Virus record (IMG/VR): IMGVR_UViG_3300029548_000183
Direction: 5' to 3' (one strand)
Length of the DNA stretch: 64,000 nucleotides
Source of the DNA: a virus
Lineage: Duplodnaviria > Heunggongvirae > Uroviricota > Caudoviricetes
Shown: in pieces, positions 46,427 to 57,311 of the stretch
How the letters are laid out: each line of letters begins with the position of its first letter
Position numbering within the stretch: position 1 is the stretch's first letter
Translations under genes and position numbers: made by a program
Notes under the pieces: model-generated
Told to the model about the DNA's origin: nothing
Seen by the model: the letters and a program-made list of their open reading frames with translations, nothing else
Databases searched by the model: none

Positions 46427-48499
46427 ATGTTGGAGATACTAAAGAAACACAAACAAGGCATAATGAAAATGCTTATGTTCTTTCCAATATCTGTAGTTGC
46501 AGTGGATACACCAATTGCATTCATTACAATAAATCTTGCAACCATATTATTCATTCATTTAAGCAAAATTAATATTGGGAAAGAAAAAAAGGAAAAATTT
46601 AAAAACATATCATTAATATTACTGATGCTTTTACTATATGCATTAACCATAATTGCAAGTGTGGATAAGGCATGCACATTTGTTAATCTGGCAATAGCTT
46701 ATGGATTAATGATGCTTGGTCCATCAGGAGAACATTTTAAAAATGACTTAAAAAAAGTGCTAATAATAGCATTATCATTCTTCACAATTGAATTCTTAAA
46801 TGGATCAATACCTGTAATGGCTGAAATGTACATTACATACAAATCACCATACAATTTTGGAATGATATTTAACTTATGCATAATATGTTTTGCTTACTAT
46901 ACAATAAGCACTTTGGTAAATGGTAGAAAATTGGGAATATATTTGACCACAATTTTATTGGCAATATTATCTATAATTAACTTCTTTGTAGTGCAATGGA
47001 CACAGCAATCAGTAATAATCAGTGACATAATTAAACTTAGAACAGCAATGAGTGTCGTGGGTAAGCAGTCATTTACAACATCAATGCTTATTACCCTGGT
47101 AATTGGTGTGATTTTATGGAGCATTGTATTTATGCTGATTCGCAAAACAAAAGCAAAAAAGAATGGATATATACTTGGAAGATTGATAAAGAATGCATTT
47201 CTACTTATGATAATGTGTTTCCTTGTAATGTTTGCAAATCAGGTGTTGTTAAACTTTAATGGAGGACAGGTATATGGTGTTCTTACAAATCTTACAATAA
47301 CAACAGGTAATGGATTGAGAGCCCCTGAAAATCCGATAAATTACAATAAATATAAAAAAACTTCAACAACTGAAAATAACAAACCAAATGTCATCATAAT
47401 AATGAGTGAGGCATACAGTGACTTGTCATACAGTTCAGACAAACTACAACTATCAGATGATTACAGATCATATTTTAAGGAGTTATGCAAGAGTAATCCA
47501 TCAGGAATTGCATATTCATCAGTGTATGGAAACAATACCGTGACAAGTGAAGCTGAATGCCTGACTGGAACATCATCACTGTTTTCAACTGAGGGTGCAA
47601 AGCTGTGGAGAGAATATGTTACAACCGATACATACAGCATAGTGAAGGATTTTAATTCCTATGGTTATGATACTTATGGCATTCATCCAAGTTACTCATT
47701 CAGTTACAACAGAAACACAGCTTGGCAAAATCTCGGTTTTAAGAACATATGGTTTCTGGAAAACTTACAGAACAATGATACAAAAAAATACAGGGATTTG
47801 GTTACTGATGAACAGGATTATGAATACATAATGAAAGCCTATGAAAATAGCAAGAAAAATAGCAAACCATTTTTCTGCTTTAATGTTACCATGCAAAATC
47901 ATGCTGCATACAGTGAGAATTTAAGTTCATATGGACTTAAAAAGATAACATCAAATGTAAAGGATGCATCAACAAAAACAGAAACAGAAAATTATGCAAG
48001 TCTTCAAAAGGCAAGTGATGCTGCATTGAAAAAACTAATAAACTACTTTGAAAAGCAAAAAGAAGAAACAATAATTTTATTCTTTGGCGATCATCAGCCA
48101 ATGTTTGCCAAAGATGTTTATACTGAGTTAAATGGAAAGAATGCTGATAATTTATCATTGGCAGAATCAACTCGGTTTTACAAAGTACCATATCTCTTAT
48201 GGTCAAATAAAAAGATAAATGTAAAGTTACCAGAAGTTACATCCATTAATTACCTTTCATCATTAATATATGAAGTGGGTTCAATTAAGAAACCTTGGAA
48301 TATTCAGTACAATTTGGAATTGATGGAAAAATATCCGGTGGTCACTGCAAACTTCGTTATGGACTACAAGAACAATCTTCTTAATAGCATGGAAGTTGTG
48401 GATGCCGTAAACAAGAAGTCAGTTACAGGTGATTTACAGAAGTTAAAGATTTATCAGAATATGTCATATAATTTACTTCTTGGAAAAGATGTAAATTAA
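46427..48499 (+). CDS. LtaS-like polytopic membrane protein with extracellular sulfatase-superfamily domain
   Basis: ~8 N-terminal TM helices. Then ..NVIIIMSEAYSD.. and ..LFFGDHQP.., as in LTA synthase / phosphoglycerol transferase family enzymes. Confidence 0.55.
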   Translation: MLEILKKHKQGIMKMLMFFPISVVAVDTPIAFITINLATILFIHLSKINIGKEKKEKFKNISLILLMLLLYALTIIASVDKACTFVNLAIAYGLMMLGPSGEHFKNDLKKVLIIALSFFTIEFLNGSIPVMAEMYITYKSPYNFGMIFNLCIICFAYYTISTLVNGRKLGIYLTTILLAILSIINFFVVQWTQQSVIISDIIKLRTAMSVVGKQSFTTSMLITLVIGVILWSIVFMLIRKTKAKKNGYILGRLIKNAFLLMIMCFLVMFANQVLLNFNGGQVYGVLTNLTITTGNGLRAPENPINYNKYKKTSTTENNKPNVIIIMSEAYSDLSYSSDKLQLSDDYRSYFKELCKSNPSGIAYSSVYGNNTVTSEAECLTGTSSLFSTEGAKLWREYVTTDTYSIVKDFNSYGYDTYGIHPSYSFSYNRNTAWQNLGFKNIWFLENLQNNDTKKYRDLVTDEQDYEYIMKAYENSKKNSKPFFCFNVTMQNHAAYSENLSSYGLKKITSNVKDASTKTETENYASLQKASDAALKKLINYFEKQKEETIILFFGDHQPMFAKDVYTELNGKNADNLSLAESTRFYKVPYLLWSNKKINVKLPEVTSINYLSSLIYEVGSIKKPWNIQYNLELMEKYPVVTANFVMDYKNNLLNSMEVVDAVNKKSVTGDLQKLKIYQNMSYNLLLGKDVN

Positions 48500-48621
48500 T
48501 TTAAAAATTCATTTCCTTTCATATTTAACATGAAAAAGAAAAACTGGAGAAAAATCATTTTACAAAAGAAATGTTGACCTGTTTTTTCTTTTTAATATGG
48601 AAGAAAGGAGGTTAACCTATC

Positions 48622-49407
48622 GTGGAAAGCTTTGAAGGAAGTTACAACGAAAGACTAAGAAGTGTTGTAAAAAAACTAAGACCAATTGACGACATATTTT
48701 TTCAAAAATTTGCAAGTAACAAGGAATTTTGTGAAGAACTGGTAAGAACGGTGTTAGAGGATGAAAGCATTACAATCCTTGAGCACACTGTACAATGCAA
48801 TCTTAAAAATTTAACTGGACGTTCAGTGATTCTGGACTTACAATGTAGATTAGGAGATGGTACACTTTGTAATGTGGAAGTGCAAAAATCCGATAATGAA
48901 AACCATGTTAGACGTGCAAATTACAATGCCTCAATGATGGAAACATGTTATTCATTATGTGGATCAACTTTTGACGAACTGCCAAACACAATAGTCATTT
49001 TCATAACGGAACATGATTTTTTTGGATTTGGAAAAACAATGTATGTACAAAATAGTGTTCTTAGATTCGATGGTGGATCAATTGATATGGATTTTGGAAG
49101 AAAAATCATATATCTCAACATTGAATCAAAAAATAACACAAAAATTGGAAAATATATTCGTCAATTTGGAGAAAGTAATCCGGAAAATTGCACATCTACA
49201 AAATTAAAAGAAATAATGGAATTATATAAAGGCAATGAGAAAGGAGAAACAATTATGTGCAAGGAACTACAGGAATTACTCACAGAAGAAAGACTAAAAA
49301 GCATAGTCAATATGATTAAGGCAGGCTTTGACAAGGATTCAATTCTTAAATGTGAGTATACTGAAGAAGAGTATAATAAAGCTGTTGAAAAAATGAAACA
49401 ATTGTAA
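48622..49407 (+). CDS. PD-(D/E)XK nuclease-family protein (Rpn/YhgA-like); GTG start
   Basis: ..ILDLQCRLGDGTLCNVEVQKSDN.. resembles the D..E.Q core of the Rpn family. RBS AAAGGAGG 8 nt before GTG. Confidence 0.4.
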   Translation: MESFEGSYNERLRSVVKKLRPIDDIFFQKFASNKEFCEELVRTVLEDESITILEHTVQCNLKNLTGRSVILDLQCRLGDGTLCNVEVQKSDNENHVRRANYNASMMETCYSLCGSTFDELPNTIVIFITEHDFFGFGKTMYVQNSVLRFDGGSIDMDFGRKIIYLNIESKNNTKIGKYIRQFGESNPENCTSTKLKEIMELYKGNEKGETIMCKELQELLTEERLKSIVNMIKAGFDKDSILKCEYTEEEYNKAVEKMKQL

Positions 49408-49420
49408 AATACTTAAATTA

Positions 49421-49448
49421 AGAGTCACTCAGGTGGCTCTTTTTTTTG
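49421..49448 (+). terminator. intrinsic terminator (AGAGTCAC family)
   Basis: AGAGTCACTCAGGTGGCTCT followed by a T8 run. Confidence 0.6.
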
Positions 49449-49570
49449 CATGCAAAAAACATAAAAAGTCAAATAAAATACGTCAAAATTTAGAATAAAT
49501 AGTTAAAAATTTCAGGTATATCCGGCACCCATTTTGTTTTTAGACAAACAAAATGAAAGGTGGAAACGAT

Positions 49571-51895
49571 ATGCAGACAAGTATATTTGATTTTATGATG
49601 CCGGAAATCTCAATAGACAAGCCAATAAGACTTATTGAACTGTTTGGTGGATATGGCTCACAAGCTATGGCACTAAAAAGAATAGGAGCAAATGTTGAAC
49701 ATTGGAAAATGTCTGAATGGGAAATAGATGCAGACAAGTCATACAACAGTGTTCATAATAACAAGGATTTTAAAAATTATGCAAGGGGAAAGAGCAGAGA
49801 ACAACTTGCAAGAAAATTATATAAAAGGGGCATATCAAATGATGGCAGCACTCCAATGCCTTATTCAAAAATAAGAAAAATGAGTTTGGAACAGTTACAG
49901 AAAACATATAATTCATTCTGCCAGAATCAGAATTTGGGAAGCATAACAAACATAAAAGGAAAACAACTAAACATAGTGAATACCAATAAGTATGAATACA
50001 TAATGACATATTCCTTTCCCTGCACTGATTTATCATTGTCAGGAAAGCAAAAAGGAATGAAAAAGGGAAGTGGAACAAGAAGCGGACTGCTATGGGAAGT
50101 TGAAAGAATTCTCACTGAATTAAGAGACGAGGGAAGGGAACTTCCTCAAATATTATTCATGGAAAATGTACCGCAAGTCATTGGAGCAAAGAACATTGAA
50201 GATTTCAGGGATTGGGAAGATTTCTTAAAAAGTCTTGGATACTCAAATCATCTGCAAATATTAAATGCAAAAAATTATGGAGTTGCTCAAAATAGAGAAA
50301 GATGTTTCATGCTTAGTTTTTTAGGGGAATATAACTATCATTTTCCGGAACCGATAAAATTGGACAAGAGATTAAAGGACTATCTTGAAAAAGATGTTGA
50401 TGAAAAATATTACATAAAAAATGAAAAAGCAAAAAGGTTAATAGATGAATTAATAAAAAGTAGAACATTTAAACCTGATTCCATAATGACATATGACATT
50501 CCTCAAACTGTTCTTGTAAGAAAACATGAAATAGATAATAAAAAATTATGTGAATTTTTAAGAAAACATAAGGCAAATTCAAATAAAACAAATGTTGAAA
50601 TTGCAGAAAATTTAAATCTGCCTGTAACACAGGTTGAGCACTGGTTTAGAATGGATAACAGCTTTGCAGTTCCTGATGCAAACGTATGGATTAATCTAAA
50701 AAAATGTCTAAATATACAGTCTGATGAATGGGATGAAAAAATCATGACATTTGAGGAGAAATTATCAGTTTTTGAAAAAGGAAACAGATGTTATGGTGCC
50801 AATGGAATAGCACCTACAATTACAAGTTCAAGTGCTGATGAAAAAATCATAGAACCTAAGTGTCTGAATAGTAAAGGTGGCAGAAATGGAGTAGAAGGAC
50901 TTCAACCAAAAGTTATAGGCTCAATTTATACTGAAAATTCAGAAATGTTTGGCACAAAATTAATGCCAATAGCACATACATTAAAGGCATCAAAAAATGA
51001 TGTGGCAATTGTTGAAAAAATTAAGGAATCTGAACCACAAATTGAAGTTCTTGGTAATTACATGAAGAGTAACCATGATGCAACAAGAGTGGTATCACCT
51101 GAAGGCATTGCACCAACGGTAAGAGAATGCCATGGTTCAGTTACAGCCGTTGCACTTGAGGATGAGAGTAATGATGCACAGATTAACATACTTGGACTTC
51201 TGGACATAAAAGGAAAAGATCAGGTTAGACGTGTATATGGTGTTGATGGAATTTCACCTACACTTAACACAATGCAAGGAGGAAACAAACAACCAAAAAT
51301 AGTTGAAAGTGAAGTGGTATCAGCAGCAATAAGAGGAAGATATGATGAGAATGGTAAGGTGGAACAGCATTTGGAACAGGGAAGCAGGGAGTACTCAAAC
51401 ACAATAACAACTGTAACAAAGGATAATATGGTAATAGAAAAGAATAACAAGCCTGAAAGGGTCGGTCAAATTTCAAGTGATGGAAGTCAATGTGGAATGG
51501 TGTATTCTGATGATGGACTCTTCCCTACACTTAGTGCGGGATGTCATGGATATGCAAATCCACATGTATATACACAATATAGAATAAGAAAACTGACACC
51601 TGTTGAATGTGGAAGACTAATGGGTGTCAATATGGATGACATCATAAGAATGATAATTGCAGACCACAGGAAAGCTGATGAATATTTACAATACATGAAA
51701 GACAATGGCATTGAATATGAAGGAAAAAAACAAATGGATGAACTTTCAAAAATACAGGGAATGTCAAATTCCAAATTATACAAGCAGTATGGAAATTCAA
51801 TTGTGGTTGATGTGATGTGTGCAATGTTTAGAAACTTAAACATCAAGGGTATTAAAAATTGGAATAATTATTGTAAAAATCAGGCAAAAAAATAA
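49571..51895 (+). CDS. DNA (cytosine-5) methyltransferase with long C-terminal extension, orphan
   Basis: Motif I ELFGGYGS, IV FPCTDLS, VI FMENVPQV, VIII AQNRERCF. About 500 aa follow motif VIII. RBS AAAGGTGGAAA before ATG 49571. Confidence 0.85.
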   Translation: MQTSIFDFMMPEISIDKPIRLIELFGGYGSQAMALKRIGANVEHWKMSEWEIDADKSYNSVHNNKDFKNYARGKSREQLARKLYKRGISNDGSTPMPYSKIRKMSLEQLQKTYNSFCQNQNLGSITNIKGKQLNIVNTNKYEYIMTYSFPCTDLSLSGKQKGMKKGSGTRSGLLWEVERILTELRDEGRELPQILFMENVPQVIGAKNIEDFRDWEDFLKSLGYSNHLQILNAKNYGVAQNRERCFMLSFLGEYNYHFPEPIKLDKRLKDYLEKDVDEKYYIKNEKAKRLIDELIKSRTFKPDSIMTYDIPQTVLVRKHEIDNKKLCEFLRKHKANSNKTNVEIAENLNLPVTQVEHWFRMDNSFAVPDANVWINLKKCLNIQSDEWDEKIMTFEEKLSVFEKGNRCYGANGIAPTITSSSADEKIIEPKCLNSKGGRNGVEGLQPKVIGSIYTENSEMFGTKLMPIAHTLKASKNDVAIVEKIKESEPQIEVLGNYMKSNHDATRVVSPEGIAPTVRECHGSVTAVALEDESNDAQINILGLLDIKGKDQVRRVYGVDGISPTLNTMQGGNKQPKIVESEVVSAAIRGRYDENGKVEQHLEQGSREYSNTITTVTKDNMVIEKNNKPERVGQISSDGSQCGMVYSDDGLFPTLSAGCHGYANPHVYTQYRIRKLTPVECGRLMGVNMDDIIRMIIADHRKADEYLQYMKDNGIEYEGKKQMDELSKIQGMSNSKLYKQYGNSIVVDVMCAMFRNLNIKGIKNWNNYCKNQAKK

Positions 51896-52016
51896 CAAAA
51901 TAAAAAGTAATGGGAAGGTGAATGTTAATGTCATCTTCCCTTTTTTCATTTGTGCAGGAAAAAAATACATATTAATGATGAAATAAAAATAATTGGAGTA
52001 AAGGAGACTAAAATCT

Positions 52017-53054
52017 ATGGAGAGAAATTTAATAATAAGTCAGTTGCAAAAACAGGACCAGTCAGTTATATCATTTCCTGACAGAAACAGTGAGTGGGGT
52101 GATTCCAAGTATCGTGGAAACTGTTCAGGTTGGATACAGGCTTTTCTCATATGGAAGTATCAGGTAGAAAAATTTGCTGAATTGTTTAGTGGCTCAGGTA
52201 CGGGATATGATGTGGCAAAGGACATGGGTATTAAATATGTTGGAGCTGACCTTAATCCTGTTCCTGTAAGACCGGGCATACTTCAGGTAAATGCAGTTAC
52301 TGATGAAGTACCCGAAGCATTTGTTCAGAGTGACTTTATTTTCATGCATCCACCCTATGGTGCTGAAATTGGCATACCATATGCCGGAGCAGAATGGGGG
52401 GCAGAAAAGAAATGGACAAAGGTTAATGGCAGAAACAAATGTATCATCACTGATCATACCAATGAATTAATACCAAAAATGGGATATGATCCCAAGGATT
52501 ATGATTTGGGACGAATGGAATGGAATAAATTCATCAAGACATTAAACACAATAATAATGAAATATTATTCAGCAATGCAGAATGGTGCAAAAATGGGAAT
52601 CCTCATGGGTGATGTGAGAAGAGCAGGAAAGTTTCATTCTATGCTTACGGACATTGTTAAACCCGGAAGCCTAGAGCAGGTAATCATTAAGATGCAACAT
52701 AATACTGTGTCTGAAAGACAAAACATACAGTATGCTCACAAAAATTTTGTTCCCTTGGTACATGAATACATAATGGTTCTAAAGAAAATTACGCCATACA
52801 TAATTGATTTTTCGTTACCAACAAAATATGAAGGGGACATAAGGGATTCTTCATCAGCCACATGGAGAGATGTTGTTGTTGCTGCAATGAACAATCTTGG
52901 AGGAACAGCAGATCTTAACTCAATTTACAATGAAATTGATGGACATAAGAAATGTAAAAATAATGAACTTCATTGGAAAGAAAAAATCAGACAGACATTA
53001 CAGCATTACAATGTATTCATAAATATTGAACGTGGAGTTTGGTCCTTGGCTTAA
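52017..53054 (+). CDS. putative N6-adenine DNA methyltransferase (gamma-like motif order)
   Basis: Motif I-like FSGSGTG, then motif IV-like MHPPYG. Confidence 0.6.
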   Translation: MERNLIISQLQKQDQSVISFPDRNSEWGDSKYRGNCSGWIQAFLIWKYQVEKFAELFSGSGTGYDVAKDMGIKYVGADLNPVPVRPGILQVNAVTDEVPEAFVQSDFIFMHPPYGAEIGIPYAGAEWGAEKKWTKVNGRNKCIITDHTNELIPKMGYDPKDYDLGRMEWNKFIKTLNTIIMKYYSAMQNGAKMGILMGDVRRAGKFHSMLTDIVKPGSLEQVIIKMQHNTVSERQNIQYAHKNFVPLVHEYIMVLKKITPYIIDFSLPTKYEGDIRDSSSATWRDVVVAAMNNLGGTADLNSIYNEIDGHKKCKNNELHWKEKIRQTLQHYNVFINIERGVWSLA

Positions 53055-53062
53055 AGAAAATC

Positions 53063-53095
53063 AGAGTCACATTTAGTGGCTCTAATTTTTTTGAA
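53063..53095 (+). terminator. intrinsic terminator (AGAGTCAC family)
   Basis: AGAGTCACATTTAGTGGCTCT followed by AATTTTTTT. Confidence 0.55.
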
Positions 53096-53449
53096 AAATA
53101 AAAAAGAAAAAAGCAAGGCAATGACCATATTATGAATGAAAGAAAACATAAACAAATGCAACAACCATATTATGTATAAAACAAAATAAAAAAGAATTTC
53201 AAAAATTACAGTATGCAAAAAAATAGGATTTTTCAGTTTTTGATATACTTTTGCTAAATAAAAAAGAGCCAAATGCATTGCAAGTGGCTCCTACCTGTGA
53301 ATGAACATTTTGTAGTCATAATATGTCCATTCAAAGTGTATCAAAAGTAGAAAGAAAAATCAATAATAATAGAAAGGAACTAAAAAAAATTATGGAAAGA
53401 AAAGAATTAGAAATAGAATTAGAAAAAAAAGAACAAAATCATTAATGAT

Positions 53450-53707
53450 ATGGAAATATTTTTAAAGGACAGATACAAACTTTGCAAGGAAGAGGAAAAG
53501 GTCGCAAATGAAAATAGAGATTACAGTGGAGAAGATTTATGGAAGTATGAAGCCATAGCAACTGAAATTTGTCTTAATGAATTAAAGGCAATAATTAGAA
53601 GAGCCTACCAAAAACCAAAGAAAAAACAGGAAAACTCCCCTAAAAAAGGATTAAATACAGAAATCAATGAAACAAAAGCAAAAGAAAAAGGAAAGGAGAG
53701 CAATTAA
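53450..53707 (+). CDS. hypothetical basic protein
   Basis: No RBS. Preceded by a 17-codon mini-ORF (53391-53444, MERKELEIELEKKEQNH) that has an RBS. Confidence 0.3.
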   Translation: MEIFLKDRYKLCKEEEKVANENRDYSGEDLWKYEAIATEICLNELKAIIRRAYQKPKKKQENSPKKGLNTEINETKAKEKGKESN

Positions 53708-53708
53708 A

Positions 53709-54059
53709 ATGTTTGGAAATTTTGATGTTACAAAGAAAAAAATGAGTCAGGAGGAATTAAAGAAGAAAAGTCAGACAATTGGCAAACACATGAATCCTAA
53801 AATGTTTAATGCAATCACAAAACAGGCATCAAAGAAAATGGCAGATGTTATTGTAGCAATTGCAAATCAGACAGAAGATAAAACATGTGAAGTTACAATG
53901 GCAGACTTGGGAAAACTCTATGGTCTTAATGTGGAACAGGCAGGAGCAATGTTTTTAGTGCAGGGCTTCTCTGATATGGTTATAACAAAAGCTTTAAAAA
54001 ATGAAAACATTGAATCATGCTTTTTTAATGAGGACAAGTTCATTGTGATTAAAAAGTAA
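53709..54059 (+). CDS. hypothetical protein
   Basis: RBS GGAAAGGAGAG before ATG 53709. Confidence 0.45.
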   Translation: MFGNFDVTKKKMSQEELKKKSQTIGKHMNPKMFNAITKQASKKMADVIVAIANQTEDKTCEVTMADLGKLYGLNVEQAGAMFLVQGFSDMVITKALKNENIESCFFNEDKFIVIKK

Positions 54060-54111
54060 CAAGTAAATCAAAAAAAGGAATATTATTCCTTTTTTATCAA
54101 AAAAGAATTAA

Positions 54112-54137
54112 AGAGTCACAGCAGTGGCTCTTTTTTA
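54112..54137 (+). terminator. intrinsic terminator (AGAGTCAC family)
   Basis: AGAGTCACAGCAGTGGCTCT followed by TTTTTT. A second terminator family member (AAAGGAATATTATTCCTTTTTT) lies at 54072-54099. Confidence 0.6.
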
Positions 54138-54200
54138 AAAAACAAAGATAGCAACCATATTATAATAGGAAGAAACTCAAAAAATGAAAGGAGAATATTT

Positions 54201-55256
54201 ATGGTAAAGGCAGTAATTTTCATTGTGGTACTAGCATTGGTGTTACAGATTCTTAACTATGTGGTATTAACATCATTGTATGGTATTCAGTTAAATTTAA
54301 TGGTAAAAAGTGTTGGAAATAAAAAACAAAAAGTAGTAAAAATAACATTGTCAGTTATGTACTTTATTGCAACTGTGTTACTACTTGGTGTGGTTTATGC
54401 AGTAATAGGTGATGTACATAAAATTGTTGGTGTGGAAAAGAATAGCATATTGTCAATAATAACTTCTCCATTAAATTTAATGTCTGTTAACAAGGTTTAT
54501 ATTTTCATTCCGGCAATCATTTTCATAAATGAGGTAGCTGTATTATTTAAGAAAGAAAACAGAGATACAAAGAAAAAAATAGGACTTGCTATTTTTAGTT
54601 CAGTATTTTTAACATATTGGAGTTTTATGCTACCTTCAGGCATATCATTGTATTGGATATGTAGAAAACTTTTTGAACCATCATTAAAGATAAGAGAGAA
54701 AGGACAGGATAGATTAAACAAACTTATGCAGAAGAAGATGTACGAAAATCCTGAAGCATATAGAGAATACTTGTTAAAACATCAAGAAGAAAAGGCAAAA
54801 AAAGAGAAAGAAAAGAAAGAAAAAACGAATGACGCATTTAATCTTCATCGTTTCATAGATGTTCAAAACGGAGTATATGATATGGCTTTAAATGAGATAA
54901 AAACAGGTCAGAAGAAAAATCACTGGATGTGGTACATCTTTCCACAAATGAAGGGACTTGGAGAGAGCCTTGCATCTGAAAAGTATGGAATTTCATCCAT
55001 TGAGGAAGCTAGAGCATATATGGAAAATGAAACATTAAGAAACAGGCTCATAAAAATAACCAATGAAGTTGTAAACTTAAATGAGAATAAGATAGAATAC
55101 ATATTCCCTTATCCTGATCATTTAAAATTTAGATCATGTATGACATTATTTATGATTGCAAATCCAGAGTGTGAAGTGTTTAAAAATGCACTTGATAAAT
55201 TCTATGATGGAAAACAGGATGAAAAAACACTGGAGTTTCTTGGATTAGAGGCATAA
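54201..55256 (+). CDS. membrane protein with C-terminal DUF1810 domain
   Basis: 4 TM helices; ..HRFIDVQNGVYDMALNEIKTGQKKNHWMWYIFPQMKGLGES.. matches the DUF1810 signature. Confidence 0.55.
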   Translation: MVKAVIFIVVLALVLQILNYVVLTSLYGIQLNLMVKSVGNKKQKVVKITLSVMYFIATVLLLGVVYAVIGDVHKIVGVEKNSILSIITSPLNLMSVNKVYIFIPAIIFINEVAVLFKKENRDTKKKIGLAIFSSVFLTYWSFMLPSGISLYWICRKLFEPSLKIREKGQDRLNKLMQKKMYENPEAYREYLLKHQEEKAKKEKEKKEKTNDAFNLHRFIDVQNGVYDMALNEIKTGQKKNHWMWYIFPQMKGLGESLASEKYGISSIEEARAYMENETLRNRLIKITNEVVNLNENKIEYIFPYPDHLKFRSCMTLFMIANPECEVFKNALDKFYDGKQDEKTLEFLGLEA

Positions 55257-55257
55257 T

Positions 55258-55521
55258 ATGAGTAAATACACAATAATTGTAAAAATAAAATCCATAAGAG
55301 AACTAATCAGATTTTCCAATGTATTACAGGATGTAAGAGGCATATACATAATTCAGAAAACAAAAAGAGATAACTATGTTAAAATCAGACCTGGAAGCAT
55401 AATGGGATTGTTTTCTCTGGAAGATATGTGTAATCTGACTTTATATACTGAAGATGAGAATGTATGTCAAAAGGTAGAGAAAGTATTAAATAAAGAAGGA
55501 TTTTCTACTCAAAGGGTTTGA
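55258..55521 (+). CDS. hypothetical protein
   Basis: ATG overlaps the previous stop. Confidence 0.4.
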   Translation: MSKYTIIVKIKSIRELIRFSNVLQDVRGIYIIQKTKRDNYVKIRPGSIMGLFSLEDMCNLTLYTEDENVCQKVEKVLNKEGFSTQRV

Positions 55522-55892
55522 CCGTAAATTGTGCTTTTTGTATAATGGCATCAGAGGTAAAAAAGCAACACAAAAAGGAGAAAACAGTGATTGATACAAA
55601 TACGGTTAAGTTCATATCATTACTTAATCAATTGGCAGAAAAAAGCAAAAATGGAATAAAGTCAATACTGGAAGTACAGGAAAATAATGCAGATTGCATT
55701 GTATATGACATAAGTAAGAAAATTTCTAATGGATATCCGGTAGTTACTTATACACATACAAAGATGTATGATGAGGAAGGATTAATTATGGTAGCAATGG
55801 TGGATGAAGAAAATCCATACATTTCAGTAACTTCAAAAACAGAACCATTTTTCAACATAGTCATTGAGAATGGTAAATGGTATTGTACATAA
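55518..55892 (+). CDS. hypothetical protein (TTG start coupled to upstream stop, or ATG 55545)
   Basis: ORF only. Confidence 0.35.
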   Translation: MTVNCAFCIMASEVKKQHKKEKTVIDTNTVKFISLLNQLAEKSKNGIKSILEVQENNADCIVYDISKKISNGYPVVTYTHTKMYDEEGLIMVAMVDEENPYISVTSKTEPFFNIVIENGKWYCT

Positions 55893-55962
55893 AGCCAAGC
55901 AAAAAAAGTAAAAAAAAAGAGTGGTACACAAGATGTATCACTCTCTCCTTTTTAGAAAACAA

Positions 55963-56412
55963 CTAAAACAAATCAGGATGGATGATTGCGAAGTTATATG
56001 CTTCCACCAAATCTTCCATATCGACTGAATTTGATTTATCAATCTTAATTTTGACAAAGTATTCATTTGTCATTGAATGACATACACTATTAAGCCAAAG
56101 AATTTTTCTTGCTGACATCTCATATGTATGTTTTGCAATTTCATATTTTTCTTCCTCTGTATACTCAGCCATTCTAAATGAATTTCTCTTGATGTAGTTA
56201 GTAATGTAAAGTGCCTGAATCTTTGCATACCAACTTCCAAGTGTCTTTAATTCTTCAAGAAGAAGGGTTTCTGTCCCATCTCTTCTTACTCCGATTATTT
56301 CATTACAGTTAGCTGCAATGAAATCCTTCAATAGTTCAACATCAATAATTGCTTTTGCCTTGTTTAATTCGTTTTTTAAAATAGTATTCATTTTTATCTC
56401 CTTTTCTTCCAC
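55963..56412 (-). CDS. hypothetical protein
   Basis: RBS AAGGAGAT before ATG on the minus strand; upstream promoter motif in reverse orientation at ~56478-56493. Confidence 0.5.
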   Translation of the reverse strand: MEEKEIKMNTILKNELNKAKAIIDVELLKDFIAANCNEIIGVRRDGTETLLLEELKTLGSWYAKIQALYITNYIKRNSFRMAEYTEEEKYEIAKHTYEMSARKILWLNSVCHSMTNEYFVKIKIDKSNSVDMEDLVEAYNFAIIHPDLF

Positions 56413-56530
56413 AATTTGTGTGGACTCAGTTGTATTGAAGTGTTTAATTGTTCGTCCAACTCCAATAATTAATCTTTACATTCTTAATATGGAAGAATTT
56501 AAAAATGAAATTAAAAATAAAAGAGAGTCC

Positions 56531-56818
56531 TCAGTGAGAACCCTCTTTTTGTTCAAGATTAAGCAATATTTTTTCAACTTCATATGAAAAATCCTTATCA
56601 TTTGAAATTCTTATAAAGCTTTTTAAAAGATACTTTGAATGTAAATCCTTTGGTATCTTTTTCTTAGTATACATTCTCATTATCCAACGAACAGTATTGT
56701 AATTATTAACATGAGTATGTCCATTGTCGAAATCCTTATGCTTATTGTACAAGATGTAGGAAGATGTTTTGTTCTTCCATAAAATTATAAAATCCTTGTT
56801 TTCATAAATTTTCTTCAT
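56531..56818 (-). CDS. hypothetical protein
   Basis: RBS GGAGAAATGGAG before the ATG at 56818 (minus strand). Confidence 0.45.
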   Translation of the reverse strand: MKKIYENKDFIILWKNKTSSYILYNKHKDFDNGHTHVNNYNTVRWIMRMYTKKKIPKDLHSKYLLKSFIRISNDKDFSYEVEKILLNLEQKEGSH

Positions 56819-57311
56819 ATTTTCTCCATTTCTCCTGCAATAAAAACAGGGCACCTGCACCGAAAGAATGTATGCATCTCCGATGATTTATCCTTATATT
56901 TTTAATATGGATGAATATGCAAATGTAAATTTATGATTGATTTTGTTTTATAAATATAATTCCTGTTTTGCATACTGTAAAATGAAAGGAGTTATGGGTA
57001 ACACATAATATTTTTTATGTGTAGGAAAGGATTATTAATTCTAATGAAACAAAGTAAAAATAGGAAATTTAGAAAATAAAAAGAAGATGCAGTACACTGA
57101 CTACATCTTCTTTCTTTAGTAAATGAAATCACCGAAAGAGTACAATAAAGACTCTATCATTGATTTCTCCTCCTGAAATTGTAAAAAAAGATTCGATAAC
57201 GCATGTAAAACATGTCAAATATAACTACCATTATATTCCTCGCTTACGGGATATCTCATCAATTTCATTATAAAAGTACATTATCTTATTGTCAATCATC
57301 TTTACATAAAA

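Noticed and set aside
48622-49407. Interpreting the PD-(D/E)XK protein next to the C5 methyltransferase as its restriction endonuclease
   Set aside because: Its motif pattern resembles Rpn/YhgA-family recombination-promoting nucleases rather than a type II REase. The genes sit in separate cassettes, each with its own terminator and promoter
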